From: an uncultured Phycisphaerales bacterium
GTDB taxonomy: Bacteria > Planctomycetota > Phycisphaerae > Tepidisphaerales > Tepidisphaeraceae
NCBI GenBank assembly: GCA_963755915.1
Contig: CAVWLP010000002.1
Span: forward strand, 3,936,001-4,000,000
Reading direction: 5' to 3'
DNA: 64,000 nt
Below the pieces are notes generated by a model, which saw only the letters and a list, made by a program, of their open reading frames with translations, did no database searches and had not been told where the DNA came from. Positions 62,293-64,000 of the stretch are shown here, piece after piece (the first letter of the stretch is position 1; every line of letters begins with the position of its first letter). Made by a program: the position numbers and the translations under genes.

Positions 62293-63582
62293 ATGATCAA
62301 GCGCCGCCCCTGGCAAGAAGGATTGCAGATCATCGACCAGACGATGAAGGCCATCTCCGGCATCACCGATCCCGAAACACTTGTCGAAGAGTATTGGGGG
62401 GGAATCGGAAAACTCATCTCGTCGAACGACTACGTGGCTCTCTCGCGGCGCGGCATGGAAGCGCCCTATTATCTGATCACGCGCTCCTCCAGGTTTACCG
62501 AGTACATCAATCCCTGGACCCAGAAGGAACTGCTCCCAAAAATGTCCGGCGGAATTCTCGGCGAACTGATCTACGCGAATCGCCCGGTAATTATGGACGA
62601 CCTCGCCGCCCGCCTCTCCCCGGACGATCCGGGATTTTTCTACCTCCAGGGATTCGATCGGCTGGTGAGCCTTCCCCAATACGACAACGGCGAAGGAATC
62701 AACGCCACCGCCATGCTTCTATCCCCCGGCGAGGAAATGGATCTGTCGATGATCCCGATTCTCCACTGGCAGACGGGCCTCTTTGGACGCGGCACCATGA
62801 ACCTGGTCCTCCGCAATCAACTCACCGAGGCCCTTGGCGCCCTCGAAGATGAGCTTCAGGTGGTCGGCGACATCCAGCGCTCGCTCTTGCCAGCGAAACT
62901 CCCGTCGATTCCAAATTGCGAGATCGCCACCCATTATCAAACCAGCGCCCGCGCCGGCGGCGACTATTATGATTTTTTCCCCTTGCCAAGTGGCGAATGG
63001 GGCATCTTCATCGCCGACGTTTCCGGCCATGGCACCCCCGCCGCCGTCCTGATGGCCATTACCCACGCGATCGCCCACTCCCAGCCCGGTTCCCACACCC
63101 CGCCCGACAAGCTCAATCGTTATTTGAATGACTGCCTCGCCCGCGCCTACACCCGTGCCGGCACCTTCGTCACGGCGTTCTATGCGGTCCTCGATCCCCA
63201 GACCCGAACCCTGACCTATTCCCGCGCCGGCCACAACCCCCCGCGCCTCCTCCGCGCCGGCCGCATCCTCTCCCTCGACGCACCCGGTGGCCTCCCCCTG
63301 GGAATCCTCGAATCGCAGCCATACGAACAGGCAACCCTCACCCTCCAGCGCGGCGACATGCTCCTCCTCTACACCGACGGAATCACCGAGGCGATTGCCC
63401 CCCCAATCAGCGGCGAAAATCGCCAGCTCTTCGAAACCGATCGGCTCGACAAACTGCTCATCGATATGGGGGCGTGCAGTGCCCAGGAATGCATTGACCG
63501 CATTCGGGCCGAGCTGGCCGCCTTCAGCGCCAATCGCCCCCCGGTGGACGATCAAACGCTGATCGCGATTCGGTGTTTGTGA
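62293..63582 (+). CDS. PP2C/SpoIIE (RsbU-like) Ser/Thr phosphatase with GAF-like N-terminus
   Basis: IQRSLLP, AGGDYYD, IADVSGHG, AGHNPP, YTDGITEA and DDQT. Confidence 0.95.
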   Translation: MIKRRPWQEGLQIIDQTMKAISGITDPETLVEEYWGGIGKLISSNDYVALSRRGMEAPYYLITRSSRFTEYINPWTQKELLPKMSGGILGELIYANRPVIMDDLAARLSPDDPGFFYLQGFDRLVSLPQYDNGEGINATAMLLSPGEEMDLSMIPILHWQTGLFGRGTMNLVLRNQLTEALGALEDELQVVGDIQRSLLPAKLPSIPNCEIATHYQTSARAGGDYYDFFPLPSGEWGIFIADVSGHGTPAAVLMAITHAIAHSQPGSHTPPDKLNRYLNDCLARAYTRAGTFVTAFYAVLDPQTRTLTYSRAGHNPPRLLRAGRILSLDAPGGLPLGILESQPYEQATLTLQRGDMLLLYTDGITEAIAPPISGENRQLFETDRLDKLLIDMGACSAQECIDRIRAELAAFSANRPPVDDQTLIAIRCL

Positions 63583-63699
63583 GGGAGGTGGGAAAAAAGC
63601 GAGGGCACATCGGTACTATTACGTGGGAAATGGGAAGTGGCGGGACCGATTAAAATTAGGCGGCTCGTCATCGTTGATACGATAGACGGTGAAACGGAA

Positions 63700-64000
63700 A
63701 TGAACGATCCTACGAAAATTGAGTACGCTTCTTCGCAATCGGAGAAACAACCGGTCATCGGTCCACGTGGTATGTTCTTTTTGCTTTTGCCCGTGGCTAT
63801 CTTTGGCATGGAGGTGATCGCCGATTCTGCCATATCCAACATCCGCCAAGATGACCGTGATTACGCAGGGATGGCCCTGATTTTGCTCACCGCTCCCTTT
63901 GCCATTGGCTGTGGGATCGCGAGCGCCGTGCTCGCCTGTCGGCAGGGTGGTGGGCCCGCGCTCAAATATGCCGCGAAATGGCTTGTTGGCTCGATGATGT
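63700..64000 (+). CDS. Hypothetical membrane protein, runs off window
   Basis: Open frame MNDPTKIEYAS... with hydrophobic segments to the end of the window. Confidence 0.55.
   Translation, partial: MNDPTKIEYASSQSEKQPVIGPRGMFFLLLPVAIFGMEVIADSAISNIRQDDRDYAGMALILLTAPFAIGCGIASAVLACRQGGGPALKYAAKWLVGSMM

Noticed and set aside
449-63555. Long antisense and alternate-frame ORFs (e.g. 10362..11756, 22717..23967, 23862..25217, 38630..39919)
   Set aside because: Shadow ORFs of high-GC coding sequence that overlap well-supported genes
1-64000. tRNA, rRNA or riboswitch genes
   Set aside because: None recognised by eye; a covariance-model scan would be needed to exclude them

Overview
High-GC bacterial DNA, most likely a planctomycete of the Phycisphaerae/Tepidisphaerales type. 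This is inferred from the (A/T)TQP linkers after signal peptides and the REP-like repeat families, and is not proven. Many genes, including fmt, are split by single-base shifts, mostly at homopolymer runs, which points to long-read indel errors rather than pseudogenes. Layout: (1) 1-8 kb, envelope genes, including a ~1,300-aa AsmA-like protein built from three ~340-aa repeats. (2) 8.1-38.7 kb, a ~30-kb aryl-polyene-like type II PKS/FAS lipid cluster: MIO ammonia-lyase, aryl-CoA ligase, 3 KS, 2 CLF-like proteins, 3 ACPs, FabG, dehydratases, a degenerate radical-SAM/SPASM-dehydratase fusion, a free-standing condensation-type enzyme, MMPL/LolA export, and glycosyl/acyl/methyl-transferases. An IS481 and a MITE lie inside it. 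(3) msrAB. (4) 39.9-50 kb, an accessory island: IS21 with a VNTR inside istA, a NERD-like protein, a repeat-flanked VapBC module, and two different IS4 elements each inserted in a copy of the same dif-like ~53-bp sequence. (5) 50-64 kb, housekeeping and signalling genes: ABC ATPase, TPR protein, def-fmt, SSS symporter, comB, phosphodiesterase, a sigma54 response regulator with a heme-c kinase and a small sigma54-promoter Zn-ribbon gene, and a PP2C phosphatase. The + strand changes from G-rich to C-rich across the window, possibly marking a replication terminus near the dif-like sites.
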